Of a stretch of DNA of 64,000 bases, positions 56,552 to 64,000 are shown piece by piece. The notes below the pieces were generated by a model, which did no database searches, was not told the origin of the DNA, and saw only the letters and a program-made list of their open reading frames with translations. How positions within the stretch are numbered: the first letter of the stretch is position 1; each line of letters begins with the position of its first letter. The translations under genes were made by a program, and so were the position numbers. The DNA comes from a virus: the IMG/VR virus record IMGVR_UViG_3300038415_000014, positions 32,001 to 96,000 of that record. The stretch is one strand, 5' to 3'.

Positions 56552-57253
56552 TTATGTTAATCGCTGTCTAAGGAGGTAGAGGTGACCCTCATGCTTGTCT
56601 TCGATGCCGGCCAACATGTTGTCGACACCCCGAGACAGGTCTCCCCTCTCCTTCATAACCTTGGCGATCTCAGTCATACAAGCCATGAACTCACTCTCAG
56701 CTAAAAGACTGACTTCAAGGTATGCTTTCGGGTTCTCACCCCCAGGGTTGGCTACTCCATCCCCACAGAACTTCTTGACGATGTGAGCTACGATGCAGCT
56801 CTGAAGACCTGGATGCATCTTGTCCAGTGGGACTCCGGTCCCTACAGCCTTCTCTGCCACCCCGTCTATATCCTCAGCGGTCTGATTGTACAGGCGCTCA
56901 AACAAGAGGTGGTCAGCGAAGTAGGTCTCACCGTAGGTCAACCAATGGTGGTACTGGTGGATGGTGGCGAGCGCCTTCAGGAAGACAAGAGCTGTGGGAA
57001 GCCCGTAACCAACCCCATGAGCCATCTTGGCAGCAGTCGCCACCAAGGACCTTGTCGAGGCTTGCTTGTCTAGGCGAACCTTCATTCCAGGAAGGTAGGG
57101 CGGTCCGTGGAAGAATGGGTTGTATGAAGACGGGTCCTGCCAAATGACGAAGGTCGCATCATCCGGAGGAGTACCCGGGTTGCTGACCCCTGGGTGATCC
57201 GGGGTCGGTGAGAAGGAAGGGTCCATCCCAGCAGTCTTCCAACGCGGGTCCAT
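56552..57253 (-). CDS. Dps/ferritin-like four-helix protein with N-terminal extension
   Basis: HQYHHWLTYGETYFADHLLFERLY...IDGVAEK and DNMLAGIEDKHEGHLYLL; start at the TAATG overlap (57253). Confidence 0.75.
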   Translation of the reverse strand: MDPRWKTAGMDPSFSPTPDHPGVSNPGTPPDDATFVIWQDPSSYNPFFHGPPYLPGMKVRLDKQASTRSLVATAAKMAHGVGYGLPTALVFLKALATIHQYHHWLTYGETYFADHLLFERLYNQTAEDIDGVAEKAVGTGVPLDKMHPGLQSCIVAHIVKKFCGDGVANPGGENPKAYLEVSLLAESEFMACMTEIAKVMKERGDLSRGVDNMLAGIEDKHEGHLYLLRQRLT

Positions 57254-58119
57254 TAGGCTTTTCCTAGGCGTTGTTCTAGTTGTTTGGCTACAATGGTACA
57301 TTCTTTGGCCAAACCAAGTATCTCTGGCTGTACCTCGGTCATCACGAAGGTCGGGTCTTCAGTGTGACCAACCCCGATCTGTTGCATCCTCTTTGAGCGC
57401 TGTTCGCACTCCTTCAAAGCCTTGATAATCTTGTCGTACTGCTCTTTGAGAGCCTTAATCGCTGGGTGATCCTCACCCTCTTTGATGATCTCAGCTGCTA
57501 ACTCCCATTGTTCCTGAGAGGTCGCGCTCTTGGCTACTGGTGTTGGAACAGCAGACTTCTTCGGTACGTTGTAGTTCACCTCGAACTGAGCTGTATCCTT
57601 GAGGCGTTCCGCGAGTTCCTCTGGACCCATACCCTCATCCTGAAGTGTGGTAGCAAAAGCTGGGTCGTACCCTTTGGCTGACAACATAGTCTGCATTTCT
57701 TGAAGGAACTTACTTGCAGGATCTGGGGCTACCTCCAACTTCAGCTCTTTGCCCACCTGACTCAGAGTGAACCTCTGAGGCTTGGCCGGGAACGTCTTGC
57801 CAGTGAACGGGGACTTGACCGTACCGGTCAACCGCTGATCACAGTAGAAGTCCCTGCCCTCGGGGTCCACATAGCGCCAGAGGGACCCTTTAATCTTGGC
57901 ATCCCCAGCCCGAAGCTCTTTGCCAATGTCACTCAGAGATTGACGAATCGGCTTTGGGGTGAAAGCCCTACCGGTGAACGGAGAGCGAATCGTACTCGTA
58001 ATGCGCTCCGAGAGATAGAACACGATCCCTTCGGTGTCCACATACTTCCAAAGTATTGCGGCAGCTATCTTCTCAACGATGGACCCTACCCGATTTAGAA
58101 GTCTGTCCTTGGCGCTCAT
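57253..58119 (-). CDS. Hypothetical protein with a duplicated 48-aa domain and C-terminal helical bundle
   Basis: LW(K/R)YVDxEG..FY...SPFTG..F..KP....S..GKEL twice with 57-aa period. Confidence 0.75.
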   Translation of the reverse strand: MSAKDRLLNRVGSIVEKIAAAILWKYVDTEGIVFYLSERITSTIRSPFTGRAFTPKPIRQSLSDIGKELRAGDAKIKGSLWRYVDPEGRDFYCDQRLTGTVKSPFTGKTFPAKPQRFTLSQVGKELKLEVAPDPASKFLQEMQTMLSAKGYDPAFATTLQDEGMGPEELAERLKDTAQFEVNYNVPKKSAVPTPVAKSATSQEQWELAAEIIKEGEDHPAIKALKEQYDKIIKALKECEQRSKRMQQIGVGHTEDPTFVMTEVQPEILGLAKECTIVAKQLEQRLGKA

Positions 58120-58153
58120 GGTCAATCTCCGTAACTGTCAGATCCTAAGTACA

Positions 58154-58822
58154 TTAACTACGCTTCCCCTTGCGTAAGTTCTGGAGTGCTTTGCCCGCGG
58201 CCTGTGCAGCGCTCCCGTCAACCTTGTCCTCTTTAACGACCATCTTCTTGGTGGGACCGAAGGTTGGAACAAAGACCGGTATATCTTCTTCCACTGCTGG
58301 CTTAGTCGGAAGTACCTCACTCGAACTAGCTTGGATCACAACCCTACTCGGAAGGTTATCGATCTTGCTCAGAATTGTGGACAACTTTGAGTCTTCCTCT
58401 TTGAGCTTTGTAATCTCGGTTCGAAGTTGGTTACTCTCTGCCAATAACCTGCCGCATTCAGCACGAGATTCCCCTAGATCTCTAGTCAGCCTCTGAACCT
58501 CAGCGGATGAAGCCATCAACTCGACCATGGCTTTTTGAATTGTGGCCCTCAGCTCTACCAACTCAGTTGAGTCAGGTGGTGATTCAACTGATCCCTCGTG
58601 TTCACTTTTCGGCTGAGTCGATAGGGTGCTATCCAACCTTGGGTTTGAATCAAGCTTGATGATACGCTTTTGAGACATGAACCTGCCCAAGTCTCGCGAG
58701 TCACAGGCTAGGTTACCTGGAATCGTAATCGGACGCCCTCGTGGTACACTAAAGTGTATATCCTCGATGACTAGATCCTCTCTAACGGCTTGAACAATCA
58801 TATCGCCTTGGCTCGGAGTCAT
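58154..58822 (-). CDS. Coiled-coil protein
   Basis: Long heptad segment ELVELRATIQ...LSTILSKIDNL; ATGA overlap with the neck gene. Confidence 0.7.
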   Translation of the reverse strand: MTPSQGDMIVQAVREDLVIEDIHFSVPRGRPITIPGNLACDSRDLGRFMSQKRIIKLDSNPRLDSTLSTQPKSEHEGSVESPPDSTELVELRATIQKAMVELMASSAEVQRLTRDLGESRAECGRLLAESNQLRTEITKLKEEDSKLSTILSKIDNLPSRVVIQASSSEVLPTKPAVEEDIPVFVPTFGPTKKMVVKEDKVDGSAAQAAGKALQNLRKGKRS

Positions 58823-59325
58823 GACATTCTGATCACTTTCTTAGCTGCATTTTTAGCGGCCATCGCAACCTCAGACACGATGGCCTTTCTGATTTGGGTC
58901 TTGGCTTCCTTCTTTGCCTTCTCAATGAAGTCGTAAGGTGGACGTCCTGGGTGTATCCACTTTCCGTCTTTCATCGATTTGATGGTCGCCGATCTGAAGA
59001 TTAACTCACCTTGTTCAGTGATAATAGGAATAGGAGCCCGAGCCTTGGTCAACCACCTCATTTGACCCTTGCGCTGTCCTCTCATCAAGTGTGTGAAAGC
59101 AGGGTGCTTAGAGTAAAATGTAATCGATGAGGGCCCGGTCTCTACCATGAGGGACTTGGAGAGAGCTTTCTTGGCTCGATCTGAAAAGGTGGATTGGACC
59201 AGCTTGTCCCGTAACCTACGAAGTACACTATGCTTTACCCGATTCAGGGCATTATCCGGACTAGCCCCCAAGCCTCGAAGGAGGGGCTTACCGTAGAGAG
59301 AGGCTAGCTTGTATTCTTGAGCCAT
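58819..59325 (-). CDS. Neck protein, HK97 gp10/Ne1-like
   Basis: Basic 168-aa protein with WIHPGRPPYDFIEKA motif; follows the head-closure gene. Confidence 0.6.
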   Translation of the reverse strand: MAQEYKLASLYGKPLLRGLGASPDNALNRVKHSVLRRLRDKLVQSTFSDRAKKALSKSLMVETGPSSITFYSKHPAFTHLMRGQRKGQMRWLTKARAPIPIITEQGELIFRSATIKSMKDGKWIHPGRPPYDFIEKAKKEAKTQIRKAIVSEVAMAAKNAAKKVIRMS

Positions 59326-59327
59326 TA

Positions 59328-60677
59328 TCAGTAGTTAGAGTTCTTCCAAGCCAAAGTGCGCCCTCGGTACTGGCGTTCCTTCGGAGTATTGGGATCATCT
59401 GTGATGCGCTCGGAGGCTTCATACTCAGGGCCACTCGGGGCAAACTGGGTTGCCGCAAACTTGATGGGGTTGCCCACAGGGACTTGATACCGAATGTCCT
59501 TCTCGTCGAAACAGTTGATTGTAAAGTGCTGTTGTAGGACTGTCCCACGATTCGAGGGCCTTCTCACAGCTCCGATACTGTAACGGTCCCCATCAATCTT
59601 CAGGATGAAGTCCCTCTGGTTGAGGATCGGTTGCGGGCCTGTGAAGACTTCATACGAGGTAGCTACTGTCCGTCCTGACTCGACCTGGGTTATCTTGACC
59701 TCTGCATCAGGTGGGGCAATGAGGATCTCGTAGGGTCCCTCGTAGCCGCCGATTATCCCAGTCGCGTAGCACTTCAGACAATCCCCCAGGGGTTGCTTGT
59801 GGGTCTGGTCATAGCAAGGGCATTGAATACCAACGACCTTCTGTAGGTAGACCTTCACGCGCTCGCCACCCTGTTCGAGAATCCAACGGTTGCGTCGAAT
59901 TGCTTCCCTCCAGTAGTTGTCGAGCTTCTCGACCTCCAGAGTGTTGGTAGCCGTAGCGTGCGCTAGAGGGGTCTCCACCAGGCTATCAGGGGTCGCTTCA
60001 GCCCAATTGCTCGTGACAGGGTAGCCCACGGTTGTGACTCGATAGAAGATACGCTGAGCTAGGTCCGTCTTCACGAGATCCCTCGTGTACCGATAGGTAC
60101 ACGTTACCCGACTCGTGGAAGTCGGGATCACTGGGATGATGTTCTTCTGGAGAGCGGTATCCATGTAGACGTGGGCGTCGATCTCGATTTCCCCAGTCTG
60201 CCCGTTCACCCAGAAAACCTTGGCCTCTACCCCATCCACGTAGACCCTGACTTCATGCGGGCTGTTGGTTGGGATTCCACGAGCTGCCTCTCCTACGATG
60301 GGGTACCTGTCTGTCTTGAACACATAGCGCGGCCCATCCTGCCCAGTAGCCTGAGTCCCAAAGAGGATGAACGAGTCCGTGACGTCTTCTTCGATTATCA
60401 GCTCGTTATCGGTCTGGTCCTGCCAAAAAGTTGATCCAATGGGGAGTTCTGTGATCCTCTTGTAGGGGCCAAACTCTGAATCAAAGCTACGATAGACGTT
60501 GACCCCCAACAGCTTGAATCGGCTATTCAACATGAGGATAGATGGGTCATCCCATTGGAGGTTGATAATCCCAACTAACCCACTCGACATGAACAGATTC
60601 AACGGCGGAGCTGGCCAAGGGATCTTGGTCAGCTCCGTAAGTCCCGGCGTCCTGTCACGATTGCTCACATCCGCCAT
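59328..60677 (-). CDS. Head-closure/head-tail joining protein with FN3-like N-terminus and Zn-binding insert
   Basis: WILEQGGERVKVY...CPC...CLKC...GYEGP...RDFILKIDGDRYSI; PAPPLNL...QWDDP. Confidence 0.55.
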   Translation of the reverse strand: MADVSNRDRTPGLTELTKIPWPAPPLNLFMSSGLVGIINLQWDDPSILMLNSRFKLLGVNVYRSFDSEFGPYKRITELPIGSTFWQDQTDNELIIEEDVTDSFILFGTQATGQDGPRYVFKTDRYPIVGEAARGIPTNSPHEVRVYVDGVEAKVFWVNGQTGEIEIDAHVYMDTALQKNIIPVIPTSTSRVTCTYRYTRDLVKTDLAQRIFYRVTTVGYPVTSNWAEATPDSLVETPLAHATATNTLEVEKLDNYWREAIRRNRWILEQGGERVKVYLQKVVGIQCPCYDQTHKQPLGDCLKCYATGIIGGYEGPYEILIAPPDAEVKITQVESGRTVATSYEVFTGPQPILNQRDFILKIDGDRYSIGAVRRPSNRGTVLQQHFTINCFDEKDIRYQVPVGNPIKFAATQFAPSGPEYEASERITDDPNTPKERQYRGRTLAWKNSNY

Positions 60678-60735
60678 GTTGAGTAGTCCTCACTAAGGGC
60701 TCCCAATAAGGTGAAGTTTGAGCATGCTACCTGAA

Positions 60736-61074
60736 TCAACCCACAGGGGTGTTCGGCGCCGATTGACCCGACCTGATACTATCAAGCTCAGCTTGAGTGA
60801 GGGCCTTGAGTTGTCCTGTAGCTGAGTCAATCGAAACCGGTTGATTCGGAGACAACCCACGCTCAATGAGAACCCTCTCGAACAACTTCTGGCGCTCGTT
60901 ATCAATCGCACTGGCTGAACGGATCAATTTGACCCTCTCCAGCTCAATGTCCAACAAGCGGTCACCTACTCGAAGACGAGACTCGTTGAGTAAGTTGAAT
61001 CGACCCTTGGTCTCGTCATCGACTGGGTCATCTATAGTAAGTCGCTTCTTCTCTGGGTCAATCTGGGTATCCAT
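60736..61074 (-). CDS. Small helical hypothetical protein
   Basis: ATG 61074 with GGAG upstream; coiled-coil-like core. Confidence 0.6.
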   Translation of the reverse strand: MDTQIDPEKKRLTIDDPVDDETKGRFNLLNESRLRVGDRLLDIELERVKLIRSASAIDNERQKLFERVLIERGLSPNQPVSIDSATGQLKALTQAELDSIRSGQSAPNTPVG

Positions 61075-61118
61075 CTGAATATCTCCCGAAACGGTAACAG
61101 TCACTTCCAACAAGTAGA

Positions 61119-61334
61119 TTAGTCAGGGCATCCTGCGCACCCTCTACGGATGATGTAGGAAATGGAAGGGGCTTGGTCTGGTACTAATTGCAGAACCCCA
61201 TTGACAAACCTGAGTTTGACCAATCTAGCCCCTCTTAGCTTCAACTTGTCGGTACCTTCATTGACTGCACTCAAGCACTTACCAAGGTCATCCGGTAACA
61301 GCACTTCATTGCACTCAAAGGGTACTGGGAACAC
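61119..61334 (-). CDS. 71-aa hypothetical protein
   Basis: Fills the gap on the coding strand; GTG start; ends GCAGCPD. Confidence 0.4.
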   Translation of the reverse strand: MFPVPFECNEVLLPDDLGKCLSAVNEGTDKLKLRGARLVKLRFVNGVLQLVPDQAPSISYIIRRGCAGCPD

Positions 61335-61368
61335 GAGTGAGTATACACCAAGAGTAGTCGTTCACTCA

Positions 61369-62262
61369 CTACACCCCTAGGAACTTTGAAGGGGCTAGAA
61401 CACCTCGTCCCACGTAAGGACCAAAGCTCGACCTGATACCAGCCCCGTACTTGGGCTGCTGTAAGCCCTTGATGTATTTCACGGTAGCCTTGGCGCGCTC
61501 TAGCTGCTTGTCGAATTGATCAGCAGCCCCTTGCTTCAAGGACTCATACTTGCTTGACTTGTCCAAGTTCAAACTGACCCCACCAATGGAGTAATCGAAC
61601 TCGTCAGCGATCCAATTGGCTTGGAGAGCCCCAATGGCATGAACCTGAGCCCCCATTAGAAGAAGGGTTCTCCACTCAGGCCGTTGCTGCATCAAGTGAT
61701 CTACATGATTGAATGGGGTTCGAGGAGGAGCTGCAATAACCATGTCCAAAGCAAAGTCTATGAATTGAGCAAGCTCTTCACTTTCCCAGATGTAACCAAA
61801 GACCTTGCTAAATTGGTCGATAGTCTCTTCGTGGGCTGGAGGGCGGAACTTGTAGTTCCGGTCCGGGTTCGCATCTCGGAGCATGAACCTCAAGTTTTTG
61901 ATTAGCTCAATCTGGTAACCTGAGAAGAAGTCGTTGGGTGTCGCCACCTCACGATCCTGGATGTTGAACTCTTGCACCACCGACTGAAGAGGACCACCCA
62001 GCATCTCGCGCATGGTCCACCGGACTCGATAGTCTCCAATGTTAGCATCGAGTGGGACAACCAAGCTAACGAAGTACTCACCTATGGAGGAGTTGACCGG
62101 GATCCTCCTCTGGGGGCCAACGAGCACCTCTTGCCCAGTGGTATTGTCGTAGATGGCGTAGTTGATCTCTGCCGCATTGACAGGGTGGCCAGAGGAGTTG
62201 GTCAAGAAGATGTTCAGATCACTACGACCCAGTTGCTGACCTCTTAGAAACGAAGTTCCCAT
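61369..62262 (-). CDS. Head-tail adaptor with N-terminal Ig-like domain
   Basis: LRFMLRD...YIWESEELAQFIDFAL...FDYSIGGVSLNLDKSSKY adaptor-like pattern. Confidence 0.6.
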   Translation of the reverse strand: MGTSFLRGQQLGRSDLNIFLTNSSGHPVNAAEINYAIYDNTTGQEVLVGPQRRIPVNSSIGEYFVSLVVPLDANIGDYRVRWTMREMLGGPLQSVVQEFNIQDREVATPNDFFSGYQIELIKNLRFMLRDANPDRNYKFRPPAHEETIDQFSKVFGYIWESEELAQFIDFALDMVIAAPPRTPFNHVDHLMQQRPEWRTLLLMGAQVHAIGALQANWIADEFDYSIGGVSLNLDKSSKYESLKQGAADQFDKQLERAKATVKYIKGLQQPKYGAGIRSSFGPYVGRGVLAPSKFLGV

Positions 62263-62265
62263 GTA

Positions 62266-62754
62266 TCACCACCCTCTGGAATTTGCGCAACCACAAGGGT
62301 TAGGCCTGCAGCACCACCGGCAAAAGGGTCGAATGCCCTCATCATGCTCTCCACCTCTCCGACCCATCATTCCTACTCCAGGAGGAAAATACTGAGCAGT
62401 GTCGAATACTTCGAACCCAAACTGCTCTTCCATAAGCGGTCCTTGAAAATACTCCTGAAGTACCCAATTCACGAACCACTGTCCTGGCTGCCCACACTCA
62501 CCGGCGCAGCCCGTGACATAATACTCCCCCAGGGCCGCTTGAACTGGAACTCGATGGCAACAACCAGCGATAAGAGGGTGATGGGGAACCGCCGGACGGT
62601 CCTCGTAGTGCTTCTTTGGTTGGTAAAGGAGAGTGTACCTGACGCTATGAGGGTCAAGTGGGTTACCAGCAGTGTCGGTGATGTAGATGGGCAGATCCCC
62701 GCGCTGGAACGGGTGACCCCATTTGAACACACCTGGACTGGACTTAACTATCAT
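62266..62754 (-). CDS. Ig-like protein paralogous to the adaptor N-terminal domain, Cys-rich tail
   Basis: RGDLPIYITD.AGNP...RVPV...GEYYV...GPL aligns by eye with RSDLNIFLTN.SGHP...RIPV...GEYFV...GPL. Confidence 0.65.
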   Translation of the reverse strand: MIVKSSPGVFKWGHPFQRGDLPIYITDTAGNPLDPHSVRYTLLYQPKKHYEDRPAVPHHPLIAGCCHRVPVQAALGEYYVTGCAGECGQPGQWFVNWVLQEYFQGPLMEEQFGFEVFDTAQYFPPGVGMMGRRGGEHDEGIRPFCRWCCRPNPCGCANSRGW

Positions 62755-63157
62755 CCTTACCTACGGGTCCGACAAATGAAACCTTCAAGCCTCCGCCAGG
62801 GGGCTCGATTCCCGTCCCAGAGTGCACATCGTAATCCTGTCCGAGAACCTGAAGCGCGGGCGGGTAACTCAACAGGAGTCGCCAATACCCTGTAGCATTA
62901 GGACGCCATCTGATTCCGTACAACCCGGTAGAGGTCGGATCAAAGTAGACCTGCCCAGAGGTTACCTGAGAATCAAGTACCCCATCACCCGACACGAGGG
63001 GCCAAGAGAGAACATTGTTCTCGTAATAGACTTCCAGCTCCAATTGAGAGTGGATCAGATCTGTGACTCGGGTATATCCGTCACTCACCTCAAAGAACTG
63101 AGCCAGGTCGTACACGACCTGGTTGTTGTATACGAGCCGTCCTCTAGTCGTTTGCAT
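62744..63157 (-). CDS. Ig-like virion accessory protein
   Basis: SWPLV.G..V.D.QVT.GQVY...PN..G.WR.LL.YP shared with 63190-63843. Confidence 0.7.
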   Translation of the reverse strand: MQTTRGRLVYNNQVVYDLAQFFEVSDGYTRVTDLIHSQLELEVYYENNVLSWPLVSGDGVLDSQVTSGQVYFDPTSTGLYGIRWRPNATGYWRLLLSYPPALQVLGQDYDVHSGTGIEPPGGGLKVSFVGPVGKDDS

Positions 63158-63189
63158 GTCATTGGATAGCTTCTAACAAATGTTCCTGA

Positions 63190-63843
63190 CTACCTCTTGA
63201 TGAATGACGCACGTATACCAGATGAGACTGGAACGAACGTTGGCAAAGCCACATCATAAGCCAGAGACACCGCTTGGTCATACAATGGATAGGTAAGGAG
63301 AATCCGCCATGAACCAATCACATTGGGGAAGAACCGAACCGTGTAGAACCCACTCAGGAATTCAGTCCAATACACTTGCCCTGCAGTGACTTGAAGATCT
63401 TGAACAGTCGCCCCATTCACCAACGGCCAGCTCACCTGAGACCCATTGAAGAACAACTTCAGGTTCAAGTCAGCTACGGTGACTCCTTGCGAGCGGGTCT
63501 TACCATCAGGCCTGAAGAAGTCCACCTGGTCGAGCACCAGCCTACTGACGTTGACATTCCTACTCGGAGGCTGATACCGGATCGGAGATTGAACCCCAAG
63601 ACTGACTGTTGGCTCTGGTACTAGCCCTGAGGATCCATCAAATCGTGCGCGAGCAGTATACTTGACCCCCGCATGGGCTGAGAACGAGGAAGAGCCCACC
63701 AGGTTGGTTCTTCCAGCATACTTGACCCTAGCATGAGCTGAGAAGGATGATGACCCTCCTAGACCTATTGCAAATGCTTCAGAAGCATGTGTGTCTAGAG
63801 AGGAGCTACCCGATAAAACAACACTCAGATCAATCAAAGCCAT
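63190..63843 (-). CDS. Virion accessory protein: N-terminal 20-aa GSSS repeats plus Ig-like domain
   Basis: GSSSFSAHAxVKY twice at exact 60-nt period; C-terminal domain paralogous to 62744-63157. Confidence 0.7.
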   Translation of the reverse strand: MALIDLSVVLSGSSSLDTHASEAFAIGLGGSSSFSAHARVKYAGRTNLVGSSSFSAHAGVKYTARARFDGSSGLVPEPTVSLGVQSPIRYQPPSRNVNVSRLVLDQVDFFRPDGKTRSQGVTVADLNLKLFFNGSQVSWPLVNGATVQDLQVTAGQVYWTEFLSGFYTVRFFPNVIGSWRILLTYPLYDQAVSLAYDVALPTFVPVSSGIRASFIKR

Positions 63844-63882
63844 TGGTCACCCTCGGAAATCACCCCGTTGGGTACTCAATGA

Positions 63883-64000
63883 TTAGGTCTCGTTGACAAT
63901 GACTGCGCCAATTGCGAACGAAACCTGGTCACCTATGCCGACAATCTTTTGGACAGCCAAGGGTCCCTCGTAAAGCATTGTACCGATACCGAGGGTAGCA
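63883..64000 (-). CDS. 3' end of a small phage tail-associated protein (partial, starts beyond the window)
   Basis: ATLGIGTMLYEGPLAVQKIVGIGDQVSFAIGAVIVNET-stop; L..G.L...K.V..GD...F..G pattern of small virion proteins. Confidence 0.6.
   Translation of the reverse strand, partial: ATLGIGTMLYEGPLAVQKIVGIGDQVSFAIGAVIVNET

Larger units (their letters stand above)
1..64000 (-). mobile_element. Neck, tail and baseplate module of a large contractile-tailed bacteriophage
   Basis: Co-oriented, tightly packed minus-strand ORFs with sheath, tube, tape measure, hub, spike, gp25/gpJ/gpI-like and head-tail joining genes, plus five free-standing endonucleases. Confidence 0.9.

Noticed and set aside
14599-61113. 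Longer starts given by the track for six genes (15477, 42094, 49035, 57301, 58125, 61113)
   Set aside because: They overlap upstream genes or promoters or lack an RBS; downstream ATGs with coupling or GGAG sites fit better.
79-63624. Plus-strand ORFs and alternate-frame minus ORFs in the track (for example 45433-46233, 24698-25258, 62344-62895)
   Set aside because: They lie within longer motif-bearing minus-strand genes and show no recognisable motifs; treated as shadow frames.
1-64000. Stop-codon reassignment as in some jumbo phages
   Set aside because: Very long ORFs are intact under code 11, and TAA, TAG and TGA all end genes at tight junctions.
1-64000. Bacterial eCIS, tailocin or T6SS locus rather than a phage
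   Set aside because: Head-tail adaptor, closure and neck-like genes plus many homing endonucleases favour a phage. Capsid and terminase are not in the window, so this is not fully excluded.
1-64000. tRNA or rRNA genes
   Set aside because: Intergenic gaps are short and none shows a cloverleaf with a T-loop; tRNAscan-SE would confirm.

Overview
The window is a single-strand (all minus) virion morphogenesis region of a large contractile-tailed bacteriophage (myovirus, probably jumbo), using the standard genetic code. In transcription order (high to low coordinates) it holds: Ig-like accessory proteins, a head-tail adaptor, a head-closure protein and a neck (HK97 gp10-like) protein; an inserted block (coiled-coil protein, tandem-domain protein, Dps/ferritin-like protein, volactin-like actin ATPase); tail terminator, FmdB zinc ribbon and a 1535-aa sheath; a second inserted block (Vsr-like endonuclease, UvrD helicase, four unknowns, HNH); then tube, two chaperones, tape measure, two tube-initiator paralogs (one fused to a GH73-like hydrolase), hub, spike, large unknown structural proteins, gp25-like, gpJ-like and gpI-like wedge proteins, and fibre-type proteins. 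Five free-standing endonucleases of four fold families are interleaved. No capsid, terminase, tRNA or CRISPR array was seen. All family assignments come from motifs read by eye; no database search was run. The most unusual items are the actin homolog coupled to the tail terminator, a seven-finger CH-CxxC array on an EndoVII nuclease, a start-codon-occluding inverted repeat on a homing endonuclease gene, and a recurrent K-x-A motif in the inserted proteins.
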